32,000 bases of DNA from Thermodesulfobacteriota bacterium (GCA_040755455.1 JBFMAY010000014.1:30308-62307); one strand, 5' to 3'. Counted from the stretch's first letter, positions 18,048 to 26,157 are shown. Notes: generated by a model not told the origin, from the sequence alone. Numbers and translations are program-made.

Positions 18048-18117
18048 CCGTAGGAGCGGGCCATGCCCGCGATCCTTGTGATGCCACGGTTATCGCGGGC
18101 ATGGCCCGCTCCTACGG
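18048..18117. repeat. REP-like nested palindrome (26-bp perfect inverted repeat, 18-nt loop)
   Basis: CCGTAGGAGCGGGCCATGCCCGCGAT (18048-18073) is the exact reverse complement of ATCGCGGGCATGGCCCGCTCCTACGG (18092-18117). Each arm contains its own mini-hairpin, GCGGGC-cat-GCCCGC. The loop segment CCACGGTTA also pairs with TAACCGTGG at 18014-18022. The motif resembles the GTAGGAGCG-type REP elements known from Pseudomonas. Confidence 0.75.
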
Positions 18118-18153
18118 CAAAAATGTGTGAATTTTAAAGTATTTTTAATAAGA

Positions 18154-18184
18154 TAGATGTTTCCATGCAGCCACTAAACATCTA
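18154..18184. promoter_or_regulatory. 9-bp inverted repeat just upstream of the phosphoesterase RBS (candidate operator or 5' UTR hairpin)
   Basis: TAGATGTTT (18154-18162), a 13-nt spacer, then AAACATCTA (18176-18184). The RBS AAGGAG lies at 18189-18194 and the ATG at 18201. Confidence 0.25.
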
Positions 18185-18200
18185 GCGCAAGGAGAAAGTC

Positions 18201-19691
18201 ATGCCCTTACCCCAATACGATGAAGTTCATGTCATCTCCGACCTCCACATGGGAGGGGAGAGCGGTTTTCAGATTCTCCGGGAGACCGAAAAACTCGCGG
18301 GTTTTATCCGCTGGGTCGCGGAACAAAAGCCGGACGGCCGGGTGGCCCTGGTGTTGAACGGGGATGTCATCGACACCCTGGCCGAGGAGAGCGGCGGCTA
18401 CATCGCGGTGGACAATGCCGAGGCCGTGGTCAAGCGGATCATGGCCGACCCGGCCTTTGCACCGGTCTGGGCCAGCCTGGCGGACTTTGTCAAAATTGCC
18501 AACCGCACCCTGGTCATGGTGCTCGGCAACCATGATCTGGAGATGTCCTTCCCCGGAGTGCAGCGCCTGGTGGTGGAAAGGCTGGCCGGGGATGATCCCC
18601 TGGCCCGGGCCCGCATCGAGTTTTCCACCATGGGGGCCGGTTTTTCCTGCCTGGTGGGCGGCTCCCGGGTCTTCTGCACCCATGGCAACGAGGTGGACGC
18701 CTGGAACTATACCCGTTACGAGGATCTTGCCAGGGCGGGCCGGCGGCTCAGCAGCGGCCGGTCGCTCAAACCAAGCGAATGGGAGCCCAACGCCGGCACC
18801 ATGATGGTCAAGGACGTCATGAATACGGTAAAAAAAGACTACCCCTGGATCGACCTGTTGAAACCGGAGATGCAGGCCGCGGTGGGGGTGCTCCTGGCCC
18901 TTGACCCCGGCCAGGTGGAGAAAATCAACCGCCTCCTGCCCATCATCGGCGAGAAGGTGGTGGGCAGCATGGAGGTGGATCAACGGCTCTCGGCCGAGGG
19001 TTTCATTGCTCCGGCCAAAAAGGAGGCCCGTCCCGCCTCGGTGGATAGTCTGCTTGGCCCCAGCCTCATGGAGGGACTGCGCAGCGGCGCCGGGGCCAAC
19101 CGTCCCACGGCTGACGCCCTGCTGCTTTCGGCGGAAAGGAAATACAAAACCGGCAGCGCCGTCACCGACCCCCATGACGAAACCCTGGGCACCGGCCAGT
19201 ATCTCTGGGACCGGTTCACCGGCTGGTTCAGAGGGGTCAGCAAGGTCGAGGCCCTGCGCCGGGCACTGAAAGACTGGCTCAAGGATGACCGTACCTTTGA
19301 TATCAAGGACCGGGACGAGACCTGCAAAGAGGTGGTGGCCTCGGTGGGGCAGGGCATTCATTTCCTGGTCACCGGCCACACCCATCTGGAAAGGGCCATT
19401 GACCTGGGCGGCGGCCGTTTCTACTTTAACTGCGGCACCTGGATCCGTTTGCTGAAATTCAGCAAGGCCATGCTGGAAGACGAAACGGCCTTCACGCCGG
19501 TATATGAGCTGCTGGTCAACGGTACAATGGAGAAAATCGACAAAAAGGACTTTAACGGTCAGCCCTTTGTCATGCCCCAGCAGAGCGCGGTCAGCATCAG
19601 GGTTGAAGCGGGGAAGGTGGTGGGCAGACTGCTCCACATAGAGGGAATCGACCCAGTCTCTCCGAAGACAATCCAACAGTTCACGAGGTAA
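18201..19691 (+). CDS. calcineurin-like metallophosphoesterase with large internal insertion
   Basis: MPE motifs occur in order: VISDLHMGG (D14, H16), LNGDVID (D55), LGNHDLE (N110, H111), CTHGNE (H161), VTGHTHLE (H393, H395). About 220 aa with no recognisable motifs lie between H161 and GHTH. Confidence 0.85.
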   Translation: MPLPQYDEVHVISDLHMGGESGFQILRETEKLAGFIRWVAEQKPDGRVALVLNGDVIDTLAEESGGYIAVDNAEAVVKRIMADPAFAPVWASLADFVKIANRTLVMVLGNHDLEMSFPGVQRLVVERLAGDDPLARARIEFSTMGAGFSCLVGGSRVFCTHGNEVDAWNYTRYEDLARAGRRLSSGRSLKPSEWEPNAGTMMVKDVMNTVKKDYPWIDLLKPEMQAAVGVLLALDPGQVEKINRLLPIIGEKVVGSMEVDQRLSAEGFIAPAKKEARPASVDSLLGPSLMEGLRSGAGANRPTADALLLSAERKYKTGSAVTDPHDETLGTGQYLWDRFTGWFRGVSKVEALRRALKDWLKDDRTFDIKDRDETCKEVVASVGQGIHFLVTGHTHLERAIDLGGGRFYFNCGTWIRLLKFSKAMLEDETAFTPVYELLVNGTMEKIDKKDFNGQPFVMPQQSAVSIRVEAGKVVGRLLHIEGIDPVSPKTIQQFTR

Positions 19692-19695
19692 CCAT

Positions 19696-21648
19696 ATGTC
19701 CACGATCCACAACGTCAAACTGGAAATCCTGCGGCCCGGCCCGGCCCACAACCAGCTCCTTTCCCCGCTGACCCCTTATCTGGTCCTCTGCGGGGCGGAC
19801 GGCCCGGTGACCGTGCACCTGCCTTTTGAACAGAGGCAGCTCCTCATGCGACTGGAGCGGCTGCGCTATTCCAGCCAGGGAACAGCCATTGCCGCCGGGC
19901 AACGGGAGGCCGAGCTGCACGAACTGGGTGAGACCCTCGGCCGGATATTCGGCCAGGTTCCCGCCCTGCTGGCCGAACTCGGCAGTGTCCGGTCGCAAAC
20001 GGGAAAGCTCGTGCATCTGCGGCTGTCGCTCTCCGCCTTTGAACTGGCCCTGTTGCCATTTGAGACGGCCATTGCCGCCGACGGTTTTCCCGGCTCCGGC
20101 TCCCCCCTCTTTCTGCAATCAAACCTGCCCATCACCCTGACCAGGGAGGTGCGCCGCGGCCGGCCGCTGCCGGTGGAATGGAATCGGCCGCCCCGCATCC
20201 TCTTTATCTTCGCCTCGCCCGGGGGGCTGGCGGCGGTGCCTTACGAGCAGCATCTGCTGGCGCTGCGCCGTGCCATTGACCCGTGGGTGAAGATCCTGGA
20301 CAAAGAGGAGGAACGCCTGGCCGAGGTGAAAAATATCCTCACCGTGCTGCCCGAGGCGACTCTTGAGCAGATCCGGCAGGCCTGCATGGATACCGAATAC
20401 ACCCATGTCCATATCCTGGCCCATGGCGCCCCCTATGATCATGCCGGCGACCAGCATTACGGGCTTGCCCTGTGCAGCAGCGACAAGCCAGCGGAAATCG
20501 ATGTGGTTGACGGCGAGCGGCTCTCCATCGCCCTAACCACGGACCGGGCCTCGGCCTGCGGGGCCCGGAAGCGGCCCACCGTGGTCTCGCTGGCGACCTG
20601 TGATTCCGGTAATGTGCGCTCCGTGCTCATCCCGGGCGGCAGCATCGCCCACGAACTGCACGCAGCCGGCATCCCCTGGGTTTTTGCCTCCCAGTTTCCC
20701 CTGTGGATGCGTTCCTCCACCATCTTCACCGAGGTTCTCTATAAACGTTTGCTCAAAGGGGCCGATCCCCGCTGCGTGCTGCACGAACTGCGGCAACGGC
20801 TGCGCACCTCCTGCCAGGAGACCCACGACTGGGCGAGCATCGTGGCCTATGCCGCCGTGCCCTGGGATTTTGAAAACCAGGTAAGTGACTTTCGTGATGA
20901 GCAGACCCGCCGGCGGATCGAAACCAGATTCGCCCGCATCGATGATCTGCTCAAGGCCGGGAAGTCCGAGGGCCAGGATGAGAAAACGGTTACAGGGGAG
21001 ATGGCTGAGCTCTGTGCGGCCATTCGTGAGGAACTCAAGACATGGCGGGAAGAACCGGTCGCCCAATCTTCCGGCAAGGAGCTGGCTGAACGTCTGGGTG
21101 TGACTGCTGCCAGCGAAAAACGGATCGGTATCGCCTATGACCAGGTACCGGACAAAAAGAAAGAAAGCCTGGATGCCTACCGGAAATCCTGCGAATTCTA
21201 TAAAAAAGCCATTGAGGCCGAGCCTTCCAATCACTGGGTCATCACCCAGTATCTGTCAATGCTTGCGGTCAAAAATCGGGCGGAATACGGTGACATGACC
21301 GAACTGGTAAAGGAATACGGCCACTGGTGGTTCACAGCCCGGCAGATCAGCGGCTGGCATTTGCTCACCAAGAGTGGGGAAGACCTGGCCTGGGCCTACG
21401 GCACACTGGCCGAACTGGAAATGTTGGGTGCTCTTTATGGCGGCGAGGAATTCGACAGGCAGGAGGCTAAGGAGGAGATTACTCGCTATTGCGGCCAAAT
21501 CCTGCAAATCTGCGGTCCCCATGGGTTTCCCGTAGAATCAACCGCGCGGCAATTCCGCCGCTATGTGGAGATCTGGCAACACGAGAAATGGGATGATCTT
21601 GCCAAGACTGCCCTTGCCGCCTTCGGGGGGAGTGATGTATGCTCTTAA
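19696..21648 (+). CDS. CHAT-domain (caspase-fold) protease with helical TPR-like C-terminal region
   Basis: The catalytic dyad context is intact: THVHILAHGA (His243, nt 20422-20424) and VVSLATCDSG (Cys302, nt 20599-20601). The upstream LRLSLSAFELALLPFETA and PRILFIFASP segments are typical of CHAT. The ATG lies 4 nt after the MPE stop, with GAGG inside the end of the MPE ORF. Confidence 0.85.
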   Translation: MSTIHNVKLEILRPGPAHNQLLSPLTPYLVLCGADGPVTVHLPFEQRQLLMRLERLRYSSQGTAIAAGQREAELHELGETLGRIFGQVPALLAELGSVRSQTGKLVHLRLSLSAFELALLPFETAIAADGFPGSGSPLFLQSNLPITLTREVRRGRPLPVEWNRPPRILFIFASPGGLAAVPYEQHLLALRRAIDPWVKILDKEEERLAEVKNILTVLPEATLEQIRQACMDTEYTHVHILAHGAPYDHAGDQHYGLALCSSDKPAEIDVVDGERLSIALTTDRASACGARKRPTVVSLATCDSGNVRSVLIPGGSIAHELHAAGIPWVFASQFPLWMRSSTIFTEVLYKRLLKGADPRCVLHELRQRLRTSCQETHDWASIVAYAAVPWDFENQVSDFRDEQTRRRIETRFARIDDLLKAGKSEGQDEKTVTGEMAELCAAIREELKTWREEPVAQSSGKELAERLGVTAASEKRIGIAYDQVPDKKKESLDAYRKSCEFYKKAIEAEPSNHWVITQYLSMLAVKNRAEYGDMTELVKEYGHWWFTARQISGWHLLTKSGEDLAWAYGTLAELEMLGALYGGEEFDRQEAKEEITRYCGQILQICGPHGFPVESTARQFRRYVEIWQHEKWDDLAKTALAAFGGSDVCS

Positions 21649-21740
21649 AATAGCATCCGGCAGAACACAGGGTGAAATGTTTCCCCTGCTGCCTATGGTG
21701 CCCGCCATGCATGGCAAGTAAATAGAAAGAAGGAAATATC

Positions 21741-22058
21741 TTGAGTAAGCCGGTGACAAAGATCAACACCCCCTTCGGGGAGTATGAGCCGCGGATTGCC
21801 GGCCGCGACCAACTGGAGCGCGCGGCGGCGGTCATGGGCGAGGCGGTGGAGGCCATCGCCCGGGTCAACCATGACCGGTGGGCGGCGGAGAGGATTGCCC
21901 AGGGCTGGCGCTACGGGGAAGAGCGGGATGACGCCGGAAAACTGCATCCGGATCTAGTCCCTTACGAGCACCTGACGGAAGCGGAAAAACGAATCGATGT
22001 GGAGGGGGCCAAGGCCATCGTTGCCGAACTGCTCAGGCTTGGCATTCTTCGGCAATGA
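21741..22058 (+). CDS. stand-alone RyR-domain protein
   Basis: AIARVNHDRWAAERIAQGWRYGEERDDAGKLHPDLVPYEHLTEAEKRIDVEGAKAIV matches the RyR repeat consensus (hd.Wa......GW.yG...d...k.hP.LvPy.eL.e.eK..dr). TTG start at 21741 with AAGGA upstream; an alternative ATG lies at 21834. Confidence 0.75.
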   Translation: MSKPVTKINTPFGEYEPRIAGRDQLERAAAVMGEAVEAIARVNHDRWAAERIAQGWRYGEERDDAGKLHPDLVPYEHLTEAEKRIDVEGAKAIVAELLRLGILRQ

Positions 22059-22078
22059 TTCCCTCATCTCATCAGCTG

Positions 22079-23002
22079 TCAGTTTCCATACAGTTTCTCA
22101 TACTTTCCCTGCAGCTGCAGAAGATTGTCCAGGTATTTGTCCTTGTCCTCCAGGCCGGTGGTTGCGGTCAGCTCCTCAATCAGGCCGTTAATGGGATATC
22201 TGATATCGATGCCCAGGGGGTTGGCGTTTTTCATGTTGGCCAGATCCATGACCAGCACGCAGTAATACTTGACCAGGGTCCTGAAGGCCGGCTCGCGGCG
22301 GAACAGATAGGCCTGGCCGCCGAGGGTGTTGAGAAAGAAGGTTGAGTAGCTGTACATATCCTCCATCGGTAACTGGATTGGGTATTCCGTGTCCTGGCAT
22401 TGCTCCCGGTGGACAATCAATGAGAAGAAGTCCGCCATCACCTCTTCGTAGTGACCTTTTTCAAGGGCCATGATTTTTTTCAGGATAAAGATATTCTTTT
22501 CCCCCAGCACCCGGTAGAAGTGGGCGGCATTCTGGAGGATGGCCAGCAGATTGTCCGTCTCCCTGGTGATAGTGGGCTTGTTGGCCAGCATTTTATTGAT
22601 AATCGTGGTGAAGTAAACTTTTGATCCGCCTTCCAGGTTGAAGGCGATGATGTAATCTTCCTTGTCCAGCCGGGCAAAAAACGCATCAATTCTGTCAGCG
22701 GTCCCCTTGCAGGGATCAATGGCAACCGCTTTGTCGGCTGTCTGCTTATCGGCCTCAGCCGCAATGTCGGCAGATTCTGTCTGGCCGGCAGAGTCGGAAT
22801 CGCCCTGGGTGGCAAGTCCTCTTTCAAGAACATTCACCTTTTCCTGCAATTTCTGCTGCTTCTGCTCAAGGGAGATGGCTGCCTGCTTTTCCTCCGCTTT
22901 TCTGTTGACATTGTAAAGTAAGAAGACGGCAACGGCGGCAAGGGCGAGAAGAACAAGGATAACAATTGATTTGGTGGGGGTGGGTTTCTTGGTATTTGAC
23001 AT
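22079..23002 (-). CDS. hypothetical membrane-anchored protein with coiled-coil segment
   Basis: The 307-aa ORF has an N-terminal TM helix (SIVILVLLALAAVAVFLLY), then a Q/K/E-rich segment, then a globular C-terminus. I recognised no family. It converges on the RyR gene with a 20-nt gap. Confidence 0.6.
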   Translation of the reverse strand: MSNTKKPTPTKSIVILVLLALAAVAVFLLYNVNRKAEEKQAAISLEQKQQKLQEKVNVLERGLATQGDSDSAGQTESADIAAEADKQTADKAVAIDPCKGTADRIDAFFARLDKEDYIIAFNLEGGSKVYFTTIINKMLANKPTITRETDNLLAILQNAAHFYRVLGEKNIFILKKIMALEKGHYEEVMADFFSLIVHREQCQDTEYPIQLPMEDMYSYSTFFLNTLGGQAYLFRREPAFRTLVKYYCVLVMDLANMKNANPLGIDIRYPINGLIEELTATTGLEDKDKYLDNLLQLQGKYEKLYGN

Positions 23003-23218
23003 GATTATTCACTTATTGTCATTTTAAGAAATTTTTTGGTAAAATTTGACGAAATAGGACTTCTGCATGGCTTGGAAGGATTTTATTTGTTATGCTGCTT
23101 GTTAATGTATCGTGCTTTGTTTATTCCGTCAAACAGAAATATTTTTTCTTATCCCCTTGGCATTAATCTGTAAATCGTCAGCGGGCAACAAAAAAATGAT
23201 CAGCGCTTTCCTTGGATT

Positions 23219-23596
23219 ATGGCAAATGCTTCTGTGAAAATTCTGGTGGTGGATGACTCAAGGGTCATGAGGCGGATTATCGCCTCATTCCTGGCGAAAA
23301 TGGGTTATAATGAGGTGCTGGAGGCGTCGGACGCCGGCTGTGCCTTGAAGATTCTTGCCACCGAGCAGGTTGCTGTCGTCATCTCCGATTATTCCATGCC
23401 CGGCATAAGTGGCCTTGAGCTGCTGAAGACCATCCGTCGTGACCCGGTAAATAAGGATATGCCGTTTGTCATGGTAACTGCCGAGGCACAGCTCGGACAG
23501 ATTATCGCCGCATTCAGAGAAGGGGCGCAGCAGTACGTTACCAAGCCTTTTACCTCCGAGTATATGGAGTATGTCATAAATAAGGTTGTGCGGTGA
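23219..23596 (+). CDS. cheY: CheY-like single-domain response regulator
   Basis: KILVVDDSRVMRR..., VVISDYSMPGISGLELL (phospho-acceptor Asp), FVMVTAEA, and YVTKPF. The ORF is 125 aa. Confidence 0.88.
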   Translation: MANASVKILVVDDSRVMRRIIASFLAKMGYNEVLEASDAGCALKILATEQVAVVISDYSMPGISGLELLKTIRRDPVNKDMPFVMVTAEAQLGQIIAAFREGAQQYVTKPFTSEYMEYVINKVVR

Positions 23597-23629
23597 TGAC
23601 GGCGCGGCAACAATAAGAATTATCGAGTT

Positions 23630-24181
23630 GTGAAGATGATATCCTTGCTGAACATGAAAAAGACCAATAACTGGATTGAGAGATGTCTTCCCTTTGTCTC
23701 GAAAAGTCCGGAAATGAAGATCAGTTGGCTGACTGCTGTCTTCAGGAAGGGAGTTTTGTCTCAGGAGGAAATTACTCCTTATATCCGCCTGTTGCTGGCT
23801 GAAAAAAGCGGGGAGGAACAGGAACAGCTCAGGAAGGCATTCGGCGAACTTGATGTGGAGATGCAGTATCGTTTTCTTGAGGCGGCGGATATTTATGATA
23901 CGCCGAAATTGTTTGCCTTATGCCAGAATCCCACCTTGCGCCACGCGGAAATTGCCCTGTTGAAGCAAGTCCCTCCTTACGAGAAAAAAACACAGCTCAT
24001 TCTGGACAAGGTTTTTTATGCGGTCAGTGACCATTCCAAGGAGTTGCTTGAGCAGGCGGCTGAACTGCTGATCAAGGAAGGGAAAGCTTCGGTGAGTTTT
24101 AAGGAGAATTATGCGCGGTTTCAGGAAATTCTGGAAGATGAGGAATTTCTTCTCTCCCTTTACCCCAATGCCAGGGGTTGA
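23630..24181 (+). CDS. hypothetical protein
   Basis: The 183-aa ORF lies 34 nt after cheY on the same strand. It looks helical and I recognised no motif. The start is uncertain (GTG 23630 or ATG 23636), with no clear RBS. Confidence 0.45.
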   Translation: MKMISLLNMKKTNNWIERCLPFVSKSPEMKISWLTAVFRKGVLSQEEITPYIRLLLAEKSGEEQEQLRKAFGELDVEMQYRFLEAADIYDTPKLFALCQNPTLRHAEIALLKQVPPYEKKTQLILDKVFYAVSDHSKELLEQAAELLIKEGKASVSFKENYARFQEILEDEEFLLSLYPNARG

Positions 24182-24266
24182 AAGAACAGCATAATGTTGT
24201 AAGCCATGCTGCGGGCAACTGGATGCGGGCAATACCGGCATCCAGTTGCACAAGAATCACTGGTGA

Positions 24267-24524
24267 TTATTTCTTTTTCCCGCCGCCCGAGGCCCTCTTT
24301 GCTGCCTTAAGTGGGTTGACCTTGATGGTGCTGACGACAATCTCGGGTTTTTTGTGGGTGGCAAAGTTGCATATACCCAGACGCCATTTTGCATCGGGAA
24401 AGGCGAATGTCTGACAATATTTGTTGTTGTTTGCCTCGACGATTCTCTCGCATCCCTCGCACTTGTCGATAATGGGATTAAAAAAACCGCTGCTTTGCAG
24501 TTCACTTGCTGTCGGTGTAGCCAT
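24267..24524 (-). CDS. PxxKW family cysteine-rich protein
   Basis: The 85-aa ORF has CEGCERIV...YCQTFAFPDAKWRLGICNFATHK. The P-x-x-K-W motif followed by G.CN.A.H matches my recollection of this family, which is common in Desulfobacterota. It has a lysine-rich tail. Confidence 0.6.
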   Translation of the reverse strand: MATPTASELQSSGFFNPIIDKCEGCERIVEANNNKYCQTFAFPDAKWRLGICNFATHKKPEIVVSTIKVNPLKAAKRASGGGKKK

Positions 24525-24865
24525 GACAGGTCCTCCTTGTATGAAAAAATAAGATTTTTTGTATCAAGAGAAAAATAAATTTGTGTTTACAAAACATATC
24601 TATCTAAATGAAAGAGGTGGGTCTGTCAACAGAAAAAAGAGCAATGGAACCATGCTGCCGGTTCGTGGTCAGGTTTTTGCATCTGTTCGGAGCAAATAGA
24701 GATGAAGTCCCTAAGAAATGGAAAACATTGTCAATAAAGTTGTATTTCCGGAAATCTTGATATAAAATTTATTTCTGGATGCTGGTAATCAGCCGCTTTG
24801 CGGTGGAAAAAACATTTCACTCTCTCGAGTGTCTCATCCTGTAACGAAAATAAAAGGATCATTTC

Positions 24866-26074
24866 ATGCCTGTCTATGTCTGGAAGGGAGTTAATTCATA
24901 CGGTGAGAAAAGAAAAGGAAGAATCGAGGCGCACAGTGAAGCCGCCGCGCTTTCCCAGCTAAAAAAGATCAGAATCAAGCCGACCGTTCTGAAGGTGGCG
25001 CCAAAAGATCTTTTTGGCAATCTTGCCATGTTCCAGCCGAAGGTGACCGGCAAGGATGTGGTGATTTTCACCCGGCAGCTTTCCACCATGATTGACGCCG
25101 GTCTCCCGCTGGTGCAGAGTCTGGATATTCTCGCGGGTCAGCAGGAAAATCCTACATTCAAAAAATTGCTGACCGAGATCCGTATTGATGTTGAATCAGG
25201 CATGACCTTTGCCGATGGCATGAAAAAACACCCCAAGGTGTTTGACAATCTTTACTGCAACATGATTGACGCCGGAGAGGTCGGCGGTATTCTCGACACC
25301 ATTCTCAACCGTCTTGCCGGCTTTATGGAAAAAAGCATGGCCTTGAAGAAAAAGATCAAGGGCGCCATGACCTATCCGATCATCTGTCTCTGCATTGCTC
25401 TGGTCATCACTGCCGTTATTCTGATATTTGTCGTACCGGTTTTTGCCAAAATGTTTGCCGATTTCGGTTCGGCCCTCCCGGCTCCCACCCAGATAGTGGT
25501 CGATATCAGTAATTTCGTCAAAAGCAATTTTTTCTTCATGGCCGCCGCCCTTGCCGTTATCGTTGTTGCCATCAAGAAAATTTATAACACGGAAAAGGGG
25601 CGGAAAAAGATCGATGTGCTGCTCATTAACGCTCCTGTTTTCGGGCCGCTTATCCGCAAGGTGGCGGTGGCCAAATTCACCAGAACGCTGGGCACCATGC
25701 TGCACAGCGGTGTCCCCATTCTGGATTCGTTGACCGTGGTCGGCAAAACAGCAGGCAACAAGGTTATCGAGCAGGCCGTCTTCAGGGTGGCGGACAGCAT
25801 CACGGAAGGGCGTTCCATCGCCGAACCCCTCGAAGAGACGGGGGTTTTCCCCAGCATGGTTGTGCAGATGATCAATGTCGGCGAGGCCACGGGCGCGCTT
25901 GACACCATGCTGGAAAAGATAGCTGATTTTTACGACGAGGAGGTTGATCAGGCGGTGGAGAACATGACCGCCATGATTGAACCGTTCATGATGGTTTTCC
26001 TCGGTGGACTTATCGGCGGACTGGTCATCGCCATGTATCTGCCGATTTTCAAGATGGCCAGCGTCATCGGTTAG
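24866..26074 (+). CDS. pilC: type IV pilus assembly platform protein PilC (GspF family)
   Basis: The 402-aa ORF starts MPVYVWKGVNSYGEKRKGRIEA. It has two GspF repeats (FTRQLSTMIDAGLPLVQSL and FTRTLGTMLHSGVPILDSL) and three TM segments. Confidence 0.9.
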   Translation: MPVYVWKGVNSYGEKRKGRIEAHSEAAALSQLKKIRIKPTVLKVAPKDLFGNLAMFQPKVTGKDVVIFTRQLSTMIDAGLPLVQSLDILAGQQENPTFKKLLTEIRIDVESGMTFADGMKKHPKVFDNLYCNMIDAGEVGGILDTILNRLAGFMEKSMALKKKIKGAMTYPIICLCIALVITAVILIFVVPVFAKMFADFGSALPAPTQIVVDISNFVKSNFFFMAAALAVIVVAIKKIYNTEKGRKKIDVLLINAPVFGPLIRKVAVAKFTRTLGTMLHSGVPILDSLTVVGKTAGNKVIEQAVFRVADSITEGRSIAEPLEETGVFPSMVVQMINVGEATGALDTMLEKIADFYDEEVDQAVENMTAMIEPFMMVFLGGLIGGLVIAMYLPIFKMASVIG

Positions 26075-26157
26075 GTTGTCTTGCCCGCTTTCCCGGCCGG
26101 CTGCCGTCGTTGCCAGACCATTTGCTTGTTTTAAAAAAGAATATTCGTTAGTTATTG

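Noticed and set aside
18207-19751. A 514-aa ORF on the minus strand, almost exactly mirroring the metallophosphoesterase gene
   Set aside because: It is a shadow ORF. Its composition is low-complexity and rich in G, P, A and H, with no recognisable motif. The plus-strand frame carries all five ordered MPE motifs and is coupled to the next gene.
14857-22100. The TIR/MPE/CHAT/RyR block as a discrete mobile element (integrative island, transposon or prophage remnant)
   Set aside because: I found no integrase, transposase or tRNA gene, and no flanking direct repeats. The right border is only a 20-nt gap to a convergent gene. Horizontal origin cannot be excluded, but the window offers no support for it.
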